Shown here: positions 11,436 through 23,112 of the stretch, one piece after another
Position numbering within the stretch: the first letter of the stretch is position 1
How the letters are laid out: every line of letters starts with the position of its first letter
Assembly: GCF_004010195.1 (NCBI RefSeq)
Contig: NW_025214591.1
Location: 1-32,329, forward strand
Direction: 5' to 3'
DNA from: Chiloscyllium plagiosum
Lineage: Eukaryota
DNA length: 32,329 bases
Position numbers and translations under genes: made by a program
The notes under the pieces: model-generated
Seen by the model: only the letters and a program-made list of their open reading frames with translations
What the model was told of the DNA's origin: nothing
Database searches by the model: none

Positions 11436-11752
11436 TAGATTAGATTAGATTACTTACAGTGTGGAAACAGGCCCTTCGGCCCAACAAGTCCACACCGACC
11501 CGCCGAAGCGTAACCCACCCATACCCCTACATTTACCCCTTTACCTAACACTACAGGCAATTTAGCATGGCCAATTCACCTGACTTGCACGTCTTTGGAC
11601 TGTGGGAGGAAACCGGAGCCCCCGGAGGAAACCCACGCAGACACGGGGAGAACGTGCAAACTCCACACAGTCAGTCGCCTGAGTCGGGAATTGAACCCGG
11701 GTCTCTGGCGCTGCGAGGCAGCAGTGCTAACCACTGTGCCACCGTGCCGCCC
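11436..11752 (-). mobile_element. HE1-type V-SINE, young full-length copy
   Basis: Intact A/B boxes (GGTGGCACAGTGG, GGTTCAATTCC), CpGs retained, (TAATC)n tail. Confidence 0.92.
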
Positions 11753-11914
11753 ACAATTCAAGAAGCTGAAAAGAGGGGAACCAATTCACCTCTCCTCACT
11801 TGGTTACAAGTCACAGTTCTGAAGCAAAACAGATTTATAAACCTCATGATTCTGTTACTTCTTCATTTTTGGAGGATCTCGAGTTAGTTCTCAAGCTGAA
11901 CAGTCTGCTTCTGA

Positions 11915-13960
11915 ACCTGAACCAGTATGTTCCTGTTAGGGTGAAAGGCAAGGCTGGTAAATGTAGGGAATGTTCGAAAACTAGAGAAATTGAGGTTTTG
12001 GTGAAAGGAAGGAAGGAAGCAGGTATAGCAAGGAGAGATCGAGTGGATCCTTAGAAGCGTATAAAGGCAGTAGGAGTATATTTAAGAGGGAAATCAGGAG
12101 GGCAAAAAGGGGACATGAGATAGCTTTGGTAAATAGAATTAAGGAGAATCCAAAGGGATTCTACAAATACATTAAGGATAAAAGGGTAACTAGGGAGAGA
12201 TTAGGGCCCCTCAAAGATCATAAAGGCAGTCTACATGTGGAACTGCAGGGGACGGTTGGGATACTAAACAAATATTTTGCATCAGTGTTTATTGTGGAGA
12301 AGAAGATGGAATATAGCAACATCTTGAAATATGTCCATATCACAGAGGAGATATTAATAGCAACATCTTGAAATATGTCCATATCACAGAGGAGATGATG
12401 CTGGACATCTTAAAACGCATAAAGGTGGATAAATCCCCAGGACCTGATCAAGTGTACCGTAGAACTCTGGGACGTGAGGGAATAGTGACCTCTTGCTGAG
12501 ATATTTGTATCATCGATAGTCATAGGTGAGGTGCCAGAAGACTGGAGGTTGACTAATGTGGTGCCACTATTTAAGAAAGGTGGTAAGAAAAAGCCAGGGA
12601 ACTATAAACCAATGAGCCTGACATTGGCTGTGGGCAGTTGTTGGAGGGGATTCTGAGGGACAGGATTTACATGTATTTGGAAAGGCAAGGACTAATTAGG
12701 GATAGTCAACATGGCTTCGTGTGTGGGAAATCATGTCTACTAACTTGATTGAGTTTGTTGAAGAACTAACAAAGAGGGTTGATGATGGCAAAGCAGTGGA
12801 TGTGATCAGTAAGGCGTTTGACAAGGTTCCCCATGGGAGACTGCTTAGCAGGTTAGATCTCATGGAATACGGGGAGAACTAGTGATTTGGATGCAGAACT
12901 GGCTGGAAGATAGAAGACAGAGGGTGGTGATGGAGGGTTGCCTTTCAGACTGGAGGCCTGTGACCAGTGGTGTGCCACAAGGATCGATGTTGGTCCACTG
13001 CTTTTTGTTATTTATATAAATGATTTGGATGTGAGCATAGGAGATATAGTTAGTAAGTTTGCAGATTATACTAATATTGGAGGTGTATTGGACAGTGAAG
13101 AAGGTTATCTCAGATTACAATGGGATCTTGAACAGATGGGCCAATGGACTGAGGAGTGGCAAATGGAGTTTAATTTAGATAAATGTGAGATGCTGTATTT
13201 TGGAAAAGCAAATTTTAGTAGGACTTATACACTTAATGTTAAGGTCCTATGGAGTGTTGCTGAACAAAGAGACCTTGGAGTGCAGGTTCATAATTCCTTG
13301 AATGTGGAATCACAAGTAGATAGGATAGTGAAGAAGGCATTTGATATGCTTTCCTTTATTGGTTAGTGCATTGAGTATAAAAGTTGGGAGGTCATGTTGC
13401 GGCTGTACAGGACATTGGTTAGGCCAATTTTGCAATTCTGCATACAAATATGGTCTCCTTCCTATAGGAAGAATGTTGTGAAACTTGAAAGGGTTCAGAA
13501 AAGATTTACAAGGATGTTGCCAGGTTTGGAGGGTTTGAGCTACAGGGAGAGGCTGAATAGGCTGGGGCTGTTCTACCTGGAGTGTCGGAGGCTGAGGTTT
13601 ATAAAGTTATGAGGGTCATGGATAGGATAAATAGACAAAGTCTTTTCCCTGGGGTGGGGTGTCCAGAACTAGAGGGCATAGGTTTAAGGTGAGAGGGGAA
13701 AGGTATAAAAGAGACCTAAGGGGCAACTTTTCCATGCAGATGGTGGTATGTGTATGGAATGAACTGCCAGAGGAAGTAGTGTAAGCTGGTGCAATTACAA
13801 CATTAAAAGGTATCTGGATGGTTATGAATAGGAAGGGTTTGGAGGGATATGGATCAAATGCTGGTAAATGGGAATATGTTTATATAGGATAGCTGGTTGG
13901 CATGGACGGGCTGGACTGAAGGGTCTGTTTCCATGCTGCATTTCTCTGTGATCTACGACT
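11915..13960 (+). mobile_element. CR1/HER1 LINE, 5'-truncated (about 2 kb), disrupted ORF2 RT
   Basis: IKENPKGFYKYIK, DKSPGPD, GPLLFVIYINDLD, SKFADYT, LVRPILQFCIQIWSP, with stops and frameshifts. Confidence 0.95.
12313..12396 (+). repeat. Tandem duplication with 44 bp period inside CR1
   Basis: ATAGCAACATCTTGAAATATGTCCATATCACAGAGGAGAT occurs at 12313 and 12357. Confidence 0.95.
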
Positions 13961-13971
13961 TAATAAATGGT

Positions 13972-14090
13972 GAAAGTCCAAACGTGTGACACTGGAAAAG
14001 TACAGCAGGTCAGGCAGCATCTGAGGAGCAGGAGAGTTGATGTTTTGGGCATAAGCCGTTCCTCAGGAATGTCCAGCATCCACAGTTCGT
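13972..14090 (-). mobile_element. PLE-terminus fragment with decayed HHR
   Basis: CTGGAAAAGTACAGCAGGTCAGGCAGCATC...GATGTTTTGGGCATAAGCCGTTCCTCAGGAA, followed by a short forward TCCAGCATC. Confidence 0.75.
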
Positions 14091-14470
14091 TTGGTTTTTA
14101 ATTTCATTGGGTATTAGTTGCCTCAGATTCCACCTCCCGGTAGCTCCTGCCTGAAGTGACTTCCAGGATGGGAGCAGACTGACAAAAATAACTGAAGAGT
14201 AACATTTGACCTTTCCACTCCTACGCCATTACACCTGACACTTCTGCCTCCCTGGGGGGGCAAATTCCTGTCACTCTAGAGTAACACTGATCCTCTTCCT
14301 GAAGGATTCTCAACCACTGCCAGGCTGTCAGTGGGAGCCCAACTAGTTTGGCATCTGGTGAAGAGGGAAGGCCATCGCATTGGATGGGGTCTCTGTACCG
14401 GACTGGTGCAACCGTTGTGATTGTTGAGGGCAGTCTCATTCAAAGTGTCCAGTCACATCAACGTTCCAAC

Positions 14471-15336
14471 AGGCTATCTCAGATTACAACAGGATCTGGA
14501 CCAGATGGGCCAATGGGCTGAGAAGTGGCAGATGGAGTTTAATTCAGATAAATGTGAGGTGCTACATTTTGGGAAAGCAAATCTTAGCAGGACTTATACA
14601 CTTAATGGTAAGGTCCTAGGGAGTGTTGCTGAACAAAGAGACCTTGGAGTACAGGTTCATAGCTCCTTCAAAGTGGAGTCGCAGGTAGATAGGATAGTGA
14701 AGATGGCGTTCGATATGCTTTCCCTTATCGGTTAGATTATTGAATACAGGAATTGGGAGGTCATGTTGAGACTGTACAGGACATTGGTTAGGCCACTGTT
14801 GGAATATTGTGTGCAATTCTGGTCTCCTTCCTATCGGAAAGATGTTGTGAAACTTGAAAGGGTTCAGAAAAGATTTACAAGGATGTTGCCAGGGTTGGAG
14901 GATTTGAGCTACAGGGAGAGGCTGAACAGGCTGGGGCTGTTTTCCCTGGAGCGTCGGAGGCTGAGGGGTGACCTTATGGAGGTTTACAAAATTATGAGGT
15001 GCATGGATAGGATAAATAGGCAAAGTCTTTCCCCTGAGGTCAGGGAGTCCAGAACTAGAGGGCATAGGTTTAGGGTGAGAAGGGAAAGAAAAAAAAGAGA
15101 CCTAAGGGCAACTCACGCAGAGCGTGGTATGTATATGGAATAAGCTGCCAGAGGAAGTGGTGGAGGCTGGTACAATTACAACATTTAAAAAGCATTTGGA
15201 TGGGTCTATGAATAGGAAGGTTTTAGAGGGATATGGGCCAGATGCTGGCAGATTGGGTTGGGATATCTGGTTGGCATGGATGGGTTGGACTGAAGGGTCT
15301 GTTTCCATGCTGTACATCTCTATGACTCTATGACTC
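14471..15336 (+). mobile_element. CR1/HER1 LINE 3' fragment, young
   Basis: WAEKWQMEFNSDKCEVLHFG and LVRPLLEYCVQFWSP. Tail (CTATGACT)n. Confidence 0.95.
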
Positions 15337-15544
15337 AATGACCTCTTTGGAGCATCTCTCGAGCAGGATTGTCTGTCAGGATTACCATGGTGATTAAACA
15401 GTGAACACTTGTTGTGCCACAGCCTGTTCTGGCCACCTCTTCAGCCTGAGATCTACATCCTGATCCATGTCTACAGTTACCTGCCTGACAGTATTGTTTC
15501 TCCTGGTCTTAGGAGTCCAATCTTTCCCCATGATCTGGATGGTG

Positions 15545-16684
15545 TGATTCCACATGGTAGGCTGTTGGAGAAAATGCAGAGGCATGGAATTGAGGGTGAT
15601 TTAGCAGTTTGGATTAGAAACTGGCTTTCTGAAAGAAGGCAGTGAGTGGTGGTTGGTGGAAAATATTCAGCCTAGAGTCCCGTTACTAGTGGTGTGCCAC
15701 AAAGATCTGTTTTGGGACCACTGCTGTTTGTCATTTTTATAAATGACTTAGATGCAGGCATAGGTGGATGGGTTAGTAAATTTGCAGATGACACTAAAGT
15801 TGGTGGAGTAGTGGACAGTGTGGAAGAATGTTACAGCTTGCAGGGGGACTTGGATAAACTGCAGAATTGGGCTGAGAGGTGGCAAATGTAGTTCAATGCA
15901 GCTAAATGTGAGGTGATGCACTTTGGGAAGAATAACAGGGAGGCAGAATACTTGGTCAATGGAAAGATTCTTGGTAGTGTGGATGTGCAGAGGGATCTTA
16001 GAGTCCATGTGCATAGATCCCTGAAAGTTGCTGGATCCAGGTGGATAGTGCTGCTAAGAAGGCATACGGTGTGTTAGATTTCATTCATAGAGGAATTGAG
16101 TTCCGGAGCTGCAATATCATGCTGCAACTATACAAAACGCTAGTGCGGCCACACTTGGAATATTGTGTACAATTTTGGTCGCCATATTTTGGGAAGGATG
16201 TGGAAGCATTGGAAAAGGTGCAGAGGAGATTTACCAGGATGTTGCCTGGTCTGGATGGAAGGTCTTATGAGGAAAGGCTGAGAGACTTGAACCTGTTTTC
16301 ATTGGCAAGAAGAAGGCGGAGAGGATTTGAAAGAGGCATACAAGATGAACAGAGGTTTAGATAGGGTAGACATTGAAAGTCTTTTTCCTAGGATGATGAT
16401 GTCAGCTTGTACGAGGGGGCATAACTACAAATTGAGGGGTGATAGATTTAAGACAGATGTCAGAGGCAGGTTCTTTACGCAGAGAGTGGTAAGGGTGTGG
16501 AATGCCCAAACTGCTAATGTAGTCAACTCAGCCACATTAGGGAGATTTAAGCAATCCTTGGATAAACACATGGATGATTTTGGGATAGTGTAGGGGGACG
16601 AGCTGGGAATAGTTCACAGGTCGGCGCAACATCGAGGGCTGAAGGGCCTGTTCTGCGCTGTATTGTTCTATGTTCTATGTTCTA
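15545..16684 (+). mobile_element. CR1-clade LINE, different subfamily
   Basis: [39 protein letters not shown]. Tail (TTCTATG)n. Confidence 0.95.
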
Positions 16685-16744
16685 TTCCTGCATCAATGAT
16701 AATCCCAGGCATGGTCCATGGGGAAACACTAGTTAATCTTAGTT

Positions 16745-16890
16745 AATCACAACACCAGGTTATAGTCCAATAGGTTTATTTGGAAGCACTAGCTTTTGGA
16801 GCACTGCTCCTTCATCAGGAGCCGGAACATAAGACACAGAATGTATAGCAAAAGATCACGGTGTCATGCAACTAATATGATAGATTGAAT
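16745..16890 (-). mobile_element. PLE-terminus fragment, family B, with HHR motif at about 16787-16821
   Basis: Minus strand reads CTGATGA-A-GGAGC-AGT-GCTCC-AAAA-GC-TA-GTG. Homologous to 5930-6005. Confidence 0.7.
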
Positions 16891-16989
16891 TAATCTCCCA
16901 GTGGAACTCATTGAGTACAAGTTTCCTTGGGAACAGGCAACAGAACTCATCACCTGAGCCCTTTATAAGGAAGACCCAGTGAGAACTCT

Positions 16990-17097
16990 TGTGTCACAGT
17001 GGTGATGTCCCTACCTTTGAGCAAGGAGGCCCGGGTTCAAGTCCCTCCTGTTCTAGAGGTGGGTAATACCATCACTGAGGCAGTTGATTAGAAAAAA
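16990..17097 (+). mobile_element. Short tRNA-derived SINE-like element
   Basis: A-box-like GTGTCACAGTGG, B box GGTTCAAGTCC, A-rich end. Confidence 0.5.
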
Positions 17098-18219
17098 GGA
17101 TGAAGCAGACCCAGGGCTGAGTCTGTAGCACTGTCCATCTCAGGCTGGGACTAGCCTGTGCACACCATCAATACGGCACTATTTCGGTGTTCAACAATAA
17201 ATGACATTCCTTTCCAATCAGGCTTCCTGAGTTATCACAGCAGCACCTTATCACTACTTATCCTCCTGAGCTCCAGCAAATTATCTTGTAAAGGAATTTT
17301 CTTCAGACAGATTGAGCATAAATGCTCTTCCTGTTCCTTAAAAACGTTACCTCATGTTGTCCCAAAACTCTCCCAACTATCACCTAGCTCCTTAGCTCAT
17401 TCCAAGGTGGTCCTGCCTCTCGAGGAGCTGTTGGTCAAGGCCATCTCATCTAATGGCTGTTAATAGTACTTTAATGACCGTTTTCTCTACCATCTGTTCC
17501 TGGGAACCTTTTCCCTTCTCCAATTAAACATTGGGATGATCAAGCCATTCATGGCCTTCAATTCTGAGAATCAATCAGCTCCTTCATTCCCAACTTCATC
17601 CTTGGCTGATGTCTGAGGCTGACCTGAGTTCTGACCCCACACCCACGCCACAGCAAAGACCACTGACTCAAAACTCCATGCCATCAGCTGTCTTCACTGC
17701 TGTCACCTACTGTCACAACCTGCTATGATCCCAGCTGATGGTAATACTGGACAGCTCAGATCCCAGAAAGAAACCTGGCTTGATAGATCACACATTTACT
17801 TTTCTCAGTTCATTACTATGGTGGTTAGTCATTGAATCATTTTCATGTGGGGCTGCAGATATTCTTTAACAACAGAGTATATGTTTATTACATAAACAAA
17901 GCAAGTTATATCTAGTTAAGGCAGTTGGAAAGATCTTAACGTATACAGCAGAACAAAGTCCCAACACTAACCTTTTACTGATAATCAATTCCAGAGACAT
18001 TTCATTCTCTTCCCAATCCTTTAAGTTTTTACTTAACTGATTCCTCCCAGTTTCTTTCTCGTGGGCTGCTAAGACAGTTTTAAGATTCCTTTCTGAGTCT
18101 ACTGATATGAACCTTTCACAATTCTAATGGCCTAAACCCTCTTCATTTTTAAAAACTTGAAGATTTCTACCCAAACTCTCCATGCTGCAAAACTACACGT
18201 CACTAAAACATATCAGTAA

Positions 18220-19436
18220 GATTAGATTACTTACAGTGTGGAAACAGGCCCTTCGGCCCAACAAGTCCACACCAACCTCCCGAAGAGCAACCCACCCATT
18301 CCCTTACATGTACCCCTTCACCTAACACTATGGGCAATTAAGCATGGCTAATTCACCTGACCTGTACATAGAGTCATAGAGTCACAGAGATGTACAGCAC
18401 GGAAACAGATCCTTCGGTCCAACCCGTCCATGCCGACCAGATATCCCAACCCAATCTAGTCCCACCTGCCAGCACCTGGCCCATATCCCTCCAAACCCTT
18501 CCCATTCATACACCGATCCAAATGCCTCTTAAATGTTGCAATTGTACCAGCCTCCACCACTTCCTCTGGCAGCTCATTCCATACACTTACCACCCTCTGC
18601 GTGAAAAAGTTGCCCCGTAGGTCTCTTTTATATCTTTCCCCTCTCACCCTAAACCTATGCCCTCAAGTTCTGGATTCCCCGACCCCAGGGAAAAGACTTT
18701 GCCTATTTATCCTATCCATGCCCCTCATAATTTTGTAAACCTCTATAAGGTCACCCCTCAGCCTCCGACGCTCCAGGGAAAATAGCCCCAGCCTGTTCAG
18801 CCTCTCCCTGTAGCTCAGATCCTCCAACCCTGGCAACATCCTTGTAAATCTTTTCTGAACCCTTTCAAGTTTCACAACATCTTTCTGATAGGAAGGAGAC
18901 AAGAATTGCACACAATATTCCAACAGTGTCCTAACCAACGTCCAGTACAGCTGCAACATGACCTCCCAACTCCTGTACTCAATACTCTGACCAATAAAGG
19001 AAAACATACCAAACGCCTTCTTCACTATTGTATCTACCTGTGAATCCACTTTCAAGGAGCTATGAACCTGCACTTCAAGGTCTCTTCGTTCAGCAACACT
19101 CCCTAGGACCTTACCATTAAGTGTATAAGTCCTGCTAAGATTTGCTTTCCCAAAATGCAGCACCTCGCATTTATCTGAATTGAACTCCACCTGCCACTTC
19201 TCAGCCCATTGGCCCAGATCCTATTTTAATCTGAGGTAACCCTCTTCGTTGTCACTACATCTCCAATTTTAAGAACATCACATCTTTGTGACTGTGGGAG
19301 GAAACTGGAGCAAACCCACGCAGACACGGGGAGAATGTACAAACTCCACACAGACAGTTGCCTGAGGTGGGAATTGAATCCAGGTCTCTGGTGCTGTGAG
19401 GCAGCAGTGCTAACCATTGAACCACTGTGCCGCCCA
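18220..19436 (-). mobile_element. HE1-type V-SINE split by a CR1 insertion (halves about 18220-18369 and 19280-19436)
   Basis: CACCTGACCTGTACAT resumes as ACATCTTTGTGACTGTGGGAGG after about 0.9 kb of CR1. Confidence 0.9.
18370..19278 (-). mobile_element. CR1/HER1 LINE 3' fragment nested in HE1
   Basis: 175-aa ORF EFNSDKCEVLHFG...LEYCVQFLSP, highly similar to 14471-15336. Confidence 0.95.
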
Positions 19437-19559
19437 CGAATGGCTCCATTGACCTAGAACTTGATTCTCCTGTTAGGAGAAACGTTTGCCCATTCTGAAC
19501 TGAACTCTCAATTCTTCGGAACTGAGAACTTAAATCTTGCTCATTTAACTCCAATAATA

Positions 19560-19680
19560 CTTTGGAGGGATATGGGCCGGGTGCTGGCAGGTGGGACTAG
19601 ATTGGTTTGGGATATCTGGTCGGCATGGACCGAAGGGTCTGTTCCCATGCTGTACATCTCTATGACTCTACGACTCTATA
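19560..19680 (+). mobile_element. CR1/HER1 3' UTR fragment
   Basis: GGAGGGATATGGGCC...ATCTCTATGACTCTACGACTCTA. Confidence 0.85.
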
Positions 19681-19951
19681 ATACTGAGCAATGTAAACTT
19701 CTGAATCCTTAACATAACAGGTATTTTCCCAGGTTGACACATTTTGCTGGTGTCCTTTATATTGTTTCTGATTACTTTCTGACCTATTTTAAAGAAAGGT
19801 TACCTTCACCGAAGTATCCTCATCCATCTGCTTCGATTTTAAATCCAAATTCAAAAGTAAAATGCGTTCATTATACACCTCATTTACGAAAATTGATTTG
19901 GTGTCCCATTAGTCAGAGTATACAGCTCAATCTCACCAGCTACAACCTGTC

Positions 19952-20295
19952 CTTTTTTAATTCACTCATGAGATATGGCCAGCATTTATTATCAATCCTA
20001 ATTGCCCAGAGGGCATTTAAGTGTCAGGTACATTGCCGTGGGCCTGGGGTTACATGTACACCAGACCAGATAAAGAAGGCAGAGTTGCTTCTCTAAAGGA
20101 CATGAGTGACCCAGATGGGTTTTTATGACATTTGAGAATGGTTATGTGGTTGCCATTAGACTGGCATTTCATTCCAGATTTTTATTGGATTCACAAGTCC
20201 AAACCAGCCATGGTGGGATTTAAACTCAAGTCCTCAGCACATTAGCCTGGGGCTCTGGATTACCAGCCTAATGATGTTACCACTACACCACCACC
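19952..20295 (-). mobile_element. tRNA-derived SINE, non-HE1 family
   Basis: Minus strand has GGTGGTGTAGTGG (A box) and GAGTTTAAATCCC (B-like box). Body is homologous to 1000-1528 and ends A-rich. Confidence 0.7.
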
Positions 20296-20403
20296 TCCCC
20301 ATGCCCAAAGCCCATCCAACCTGGAAATCACTTCCTTTCACTTCAGGAACATTACACAGGGCTATTTTACAAAGTTTGAAGAGGACCCTACAATAGTCAT
20401 ATG

Positions 20404-20563
20404 GGAGAAAGTGAGGACTGCAGATGCTGGAGATCAGAGTCGAGAGTGTGGTGCTGGAAAAACACAGCAGGCCAGGCAGCATCCGAGAGCAGGAAAATTG
20501 ATGTTTCGGGCGTAAGCTCTTCATCAGGAAATCCTGCTGTGCTTTTCCAGCACCACACTCTCA
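20404..20563. mobile_element. Fold-back mini PLE-terminus element with 14-bp flanking repeat
   Basis: Reverse tail plus HHR (20404-20531), then a forward piece. ACAATAGTCATATG occurs at 20390-20403 and 20564-20577. Confidence 0.85.
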
Positions 20564-20674
20564 ACAATAGTCATATGATACAGCACTATAAATCATAGAG
20601 TTCCAAAACATCAAATCACTCCGGACCATTCCTTGTGAGAAGCTTAGTTTCTCTCTAAATGTCTACAGTCTCAA

Positions 20675-21115
20675 TAATGTGGAAGCAGGCCATTCACCTC
20701 CTACTGACCCTCCAAAGAGCATCTCACACAAACCCACTCTACTCCAGTATTCCCGCATCTCTCATGGCTAACCTACCTCACCAGCACATTCCTGGACACT
20801 ACGGGTAATTTAGTATGGTCAATCCACCGAACCTGGACATTTTAGACTATGGGAGAGAAACCAGAGCACCCAGGGGGGATCCACACAGACACAGGGAGAA
20901 TGTGCAAATTCCACACAGTCGCCTGAGTGTAGAATTGAACCCGAGTCCCCGAACCTGGACATTTTAGACTATGGGAGAGAAACCAGAGCACCCAGGGGGA
21001 CCCACACAGACACAGGGAGAATGTGCAAACTCCACACAGTCGCCTGAGTGTAGAATTGAACCTGAGTCCCTGGTGCTGTGAGGCAGCAGTGCTAAACACC
21101 GAGCCATTGCACCAT
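20675..21115 (-). mobile_element. HE1-type V-SINE with internal 122-bp tandem duplication
   Basis: CCGAACCTGGACATTTTAGACTATGGG starts at both 20827 and 20949. Confidence 0.85.
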
Positions 21116-22087
21116 CTCTACAAGATTGATTTTAAAGTAAGATTTATTGGAAGTGGAGGGCATTGGAAAATATATTTTGCATGTCCATGTACTTTATTTT
21201 TTAGCTTAATTGTGAAACATTTCTCATAAAGTCAAGTGATGCATCAAAATTAGAACTTAGGAATATTTCTTCACGTTCACAAACAAACATTTACATCACT
21301 GATTGGGAAAGAATGCAAGTAGTTAATGCTGGTCCTGAATAAAAACTCCTGTGTAATAAATCTGCAGCCTGGCATTATCTGAACATTGTAGCATTTAATC
21401 TGTGTTTCTGAACATACCCTGTCTCGACACTCTGATTCCAACCAGATCAGGAAAACTTTGATTCGTTCCATTTCATGCAAATTGGATGTATGGATACACA
21501 TCACAGCAAACTTTAGGCACTCACTGTTATTTAACTCAGGTAAAATCAGGTTTCCCATTAAAACTGGATTTACCTTACACATCCCAAAACAGATTTGAAG
21601 TCTTACCCCACCCTTGCCATCGAGACTGATGTCAGTTACTTGTCAGGATTCCCTCTGATTCTTTTCCACTGGAAAATGGCCACATTCAGAACAACCATCT
21701 CCACTCTTTCACCATGAGGAACACTTCTGTCATCTTATCCTATAATCAGCATCGTTGCAGTGAAGCGAGCGCCTAAACTGCATTATTTTCTAAGAAGACC
21801 TGCAGATAAAATCCTGTGTAGTGATGCACTGAGATATATTCACAACCAAAGAGGCAAAAGGAAGTCTTCAGGATGTTAATGGGATGAAAGATACTGGAGT
21901 ATGTTAATTGTGTTATTTAGTTTCTGTTTCTGGCATTTCAGTTTTCCAACGTAGGAACAAAAAGCAAAGATTTTATTTGGCATTTCTGGAGTTTGTTTTT
22001 GCACAATTGTCTAACTCATTCATTTTTATTCCGGAATTCCTCGCATCCCTTGCAATACACTGATGTGTTTTGTGTGGTCGGTGTGTT

Positions 22088-22115
22088 GGGGAGGGAGGAG
22101 GGGGGGGGGGGTGGG
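22088..22115 (+). repeat. G-rich tract (potential G-quadruplex)
   Basis: GGGG-A-GGG-AGGA-poly(G)-T-GGG. Confidence 0.6.
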
Positions 22116-22768
22116 TGTGTGAAATATTTTACAGTCTGAGCTCCACTCTGTGCCTTACGACAAGACAGCTTGTGTGCCCGCAGAGCAGGAAGCCACAGTT
22201 TGTGAAATATGTCTTGTTAAGGACTCACACAAAGGGCTCATAAAAGGTAATGGTGATTTTGATTGACAACTGCTTTCTGCTGTACCCTTGAACAAACGGA
22301 AAGTTCACACGGCAATGGATATTTCATTTGTGATGAGAATATTAATCCGGACAAGCGTAGATCGTTGTTGATTGATAAAGAAAGAGGCGTCGAACAACTT
22401 TCTCAGTTAATGCTGTAGACAGACAGCTGCTGTAATAATTAGCTGTTGTAAAGGCTGATGGCTCAATGCTGTGAAATCACATAGGACAGACAACAGGACT
22501 GAAATACAACATCACAACTCTGTAAAATCACATGGGACTATATTGTAAAATCGTATAAGGTGTTACAATGAAATCACAATAAAGCTATTTTAGGGAAGGG
22601 TAGATTGTGTTTGAGAAAAGGAGTGATATAAATGATATGTGTCGGTAGTCAACAGAGGCTTACCAGCATTGGCACACACTGTGGGACATGTACAGCCTCC
22701 TCCCTGTGCTGTCATTTCCTTCACTCCCTGAAAATGAAGAATGTGCCATGTAATCATTCAGGAGGTGG

Positions 22769-23060
22769 TTTAGATTAGACTCCCTATAGTGTGGAAGCAG
22801 GCCCTTCGGCCCAACAAGTCCACACCGACCCTCCGAAGAGCAACCCATCCCCTCTGACTAATGCACCTAACACTATGGGCAATTTAGCACGGCCAATTCC
22901 CCTAACCTGCACATTGTTGGACTGTGGGAGGAAACCGGAGCAAACCCACGCAGGTATGAGGAGAATGTGCCAACTCCACCTAGAGGGCTGCCCCAGGCGG
23001 GAATTGAACCCAGGTCCCTGGCACTGTGAGGAAGCAGTGCTAACCACTGTGCCACCGTAC
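22769..23060 (-). mobile_element. HE1-type V-SINE
   Basis: Head GGTGGCACAGTGGTTAGCAC, V core and tail on the minus strand. Confidence 0.9.
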
Positions 23061-23112
23061 CACCACAAGCATTTAGAAATGGCGAGTAGAGATTACAACA
23101 ACACGGCGTGTG

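Noticed and set aside
11690..11752. tRNA gene
   Set aside because: The A/B boxes belong to the HE1 SINE head, which continues into the SINE core. The same applies to the other copies.
22470..22580. Recurring TG(T)AAATCAC-like motifs as a CRISPR-like or functional array
   Set aside because: Irregular, degenerate low-complexity repeat in vertebrate DNA with no constant repeat/spacer structure.
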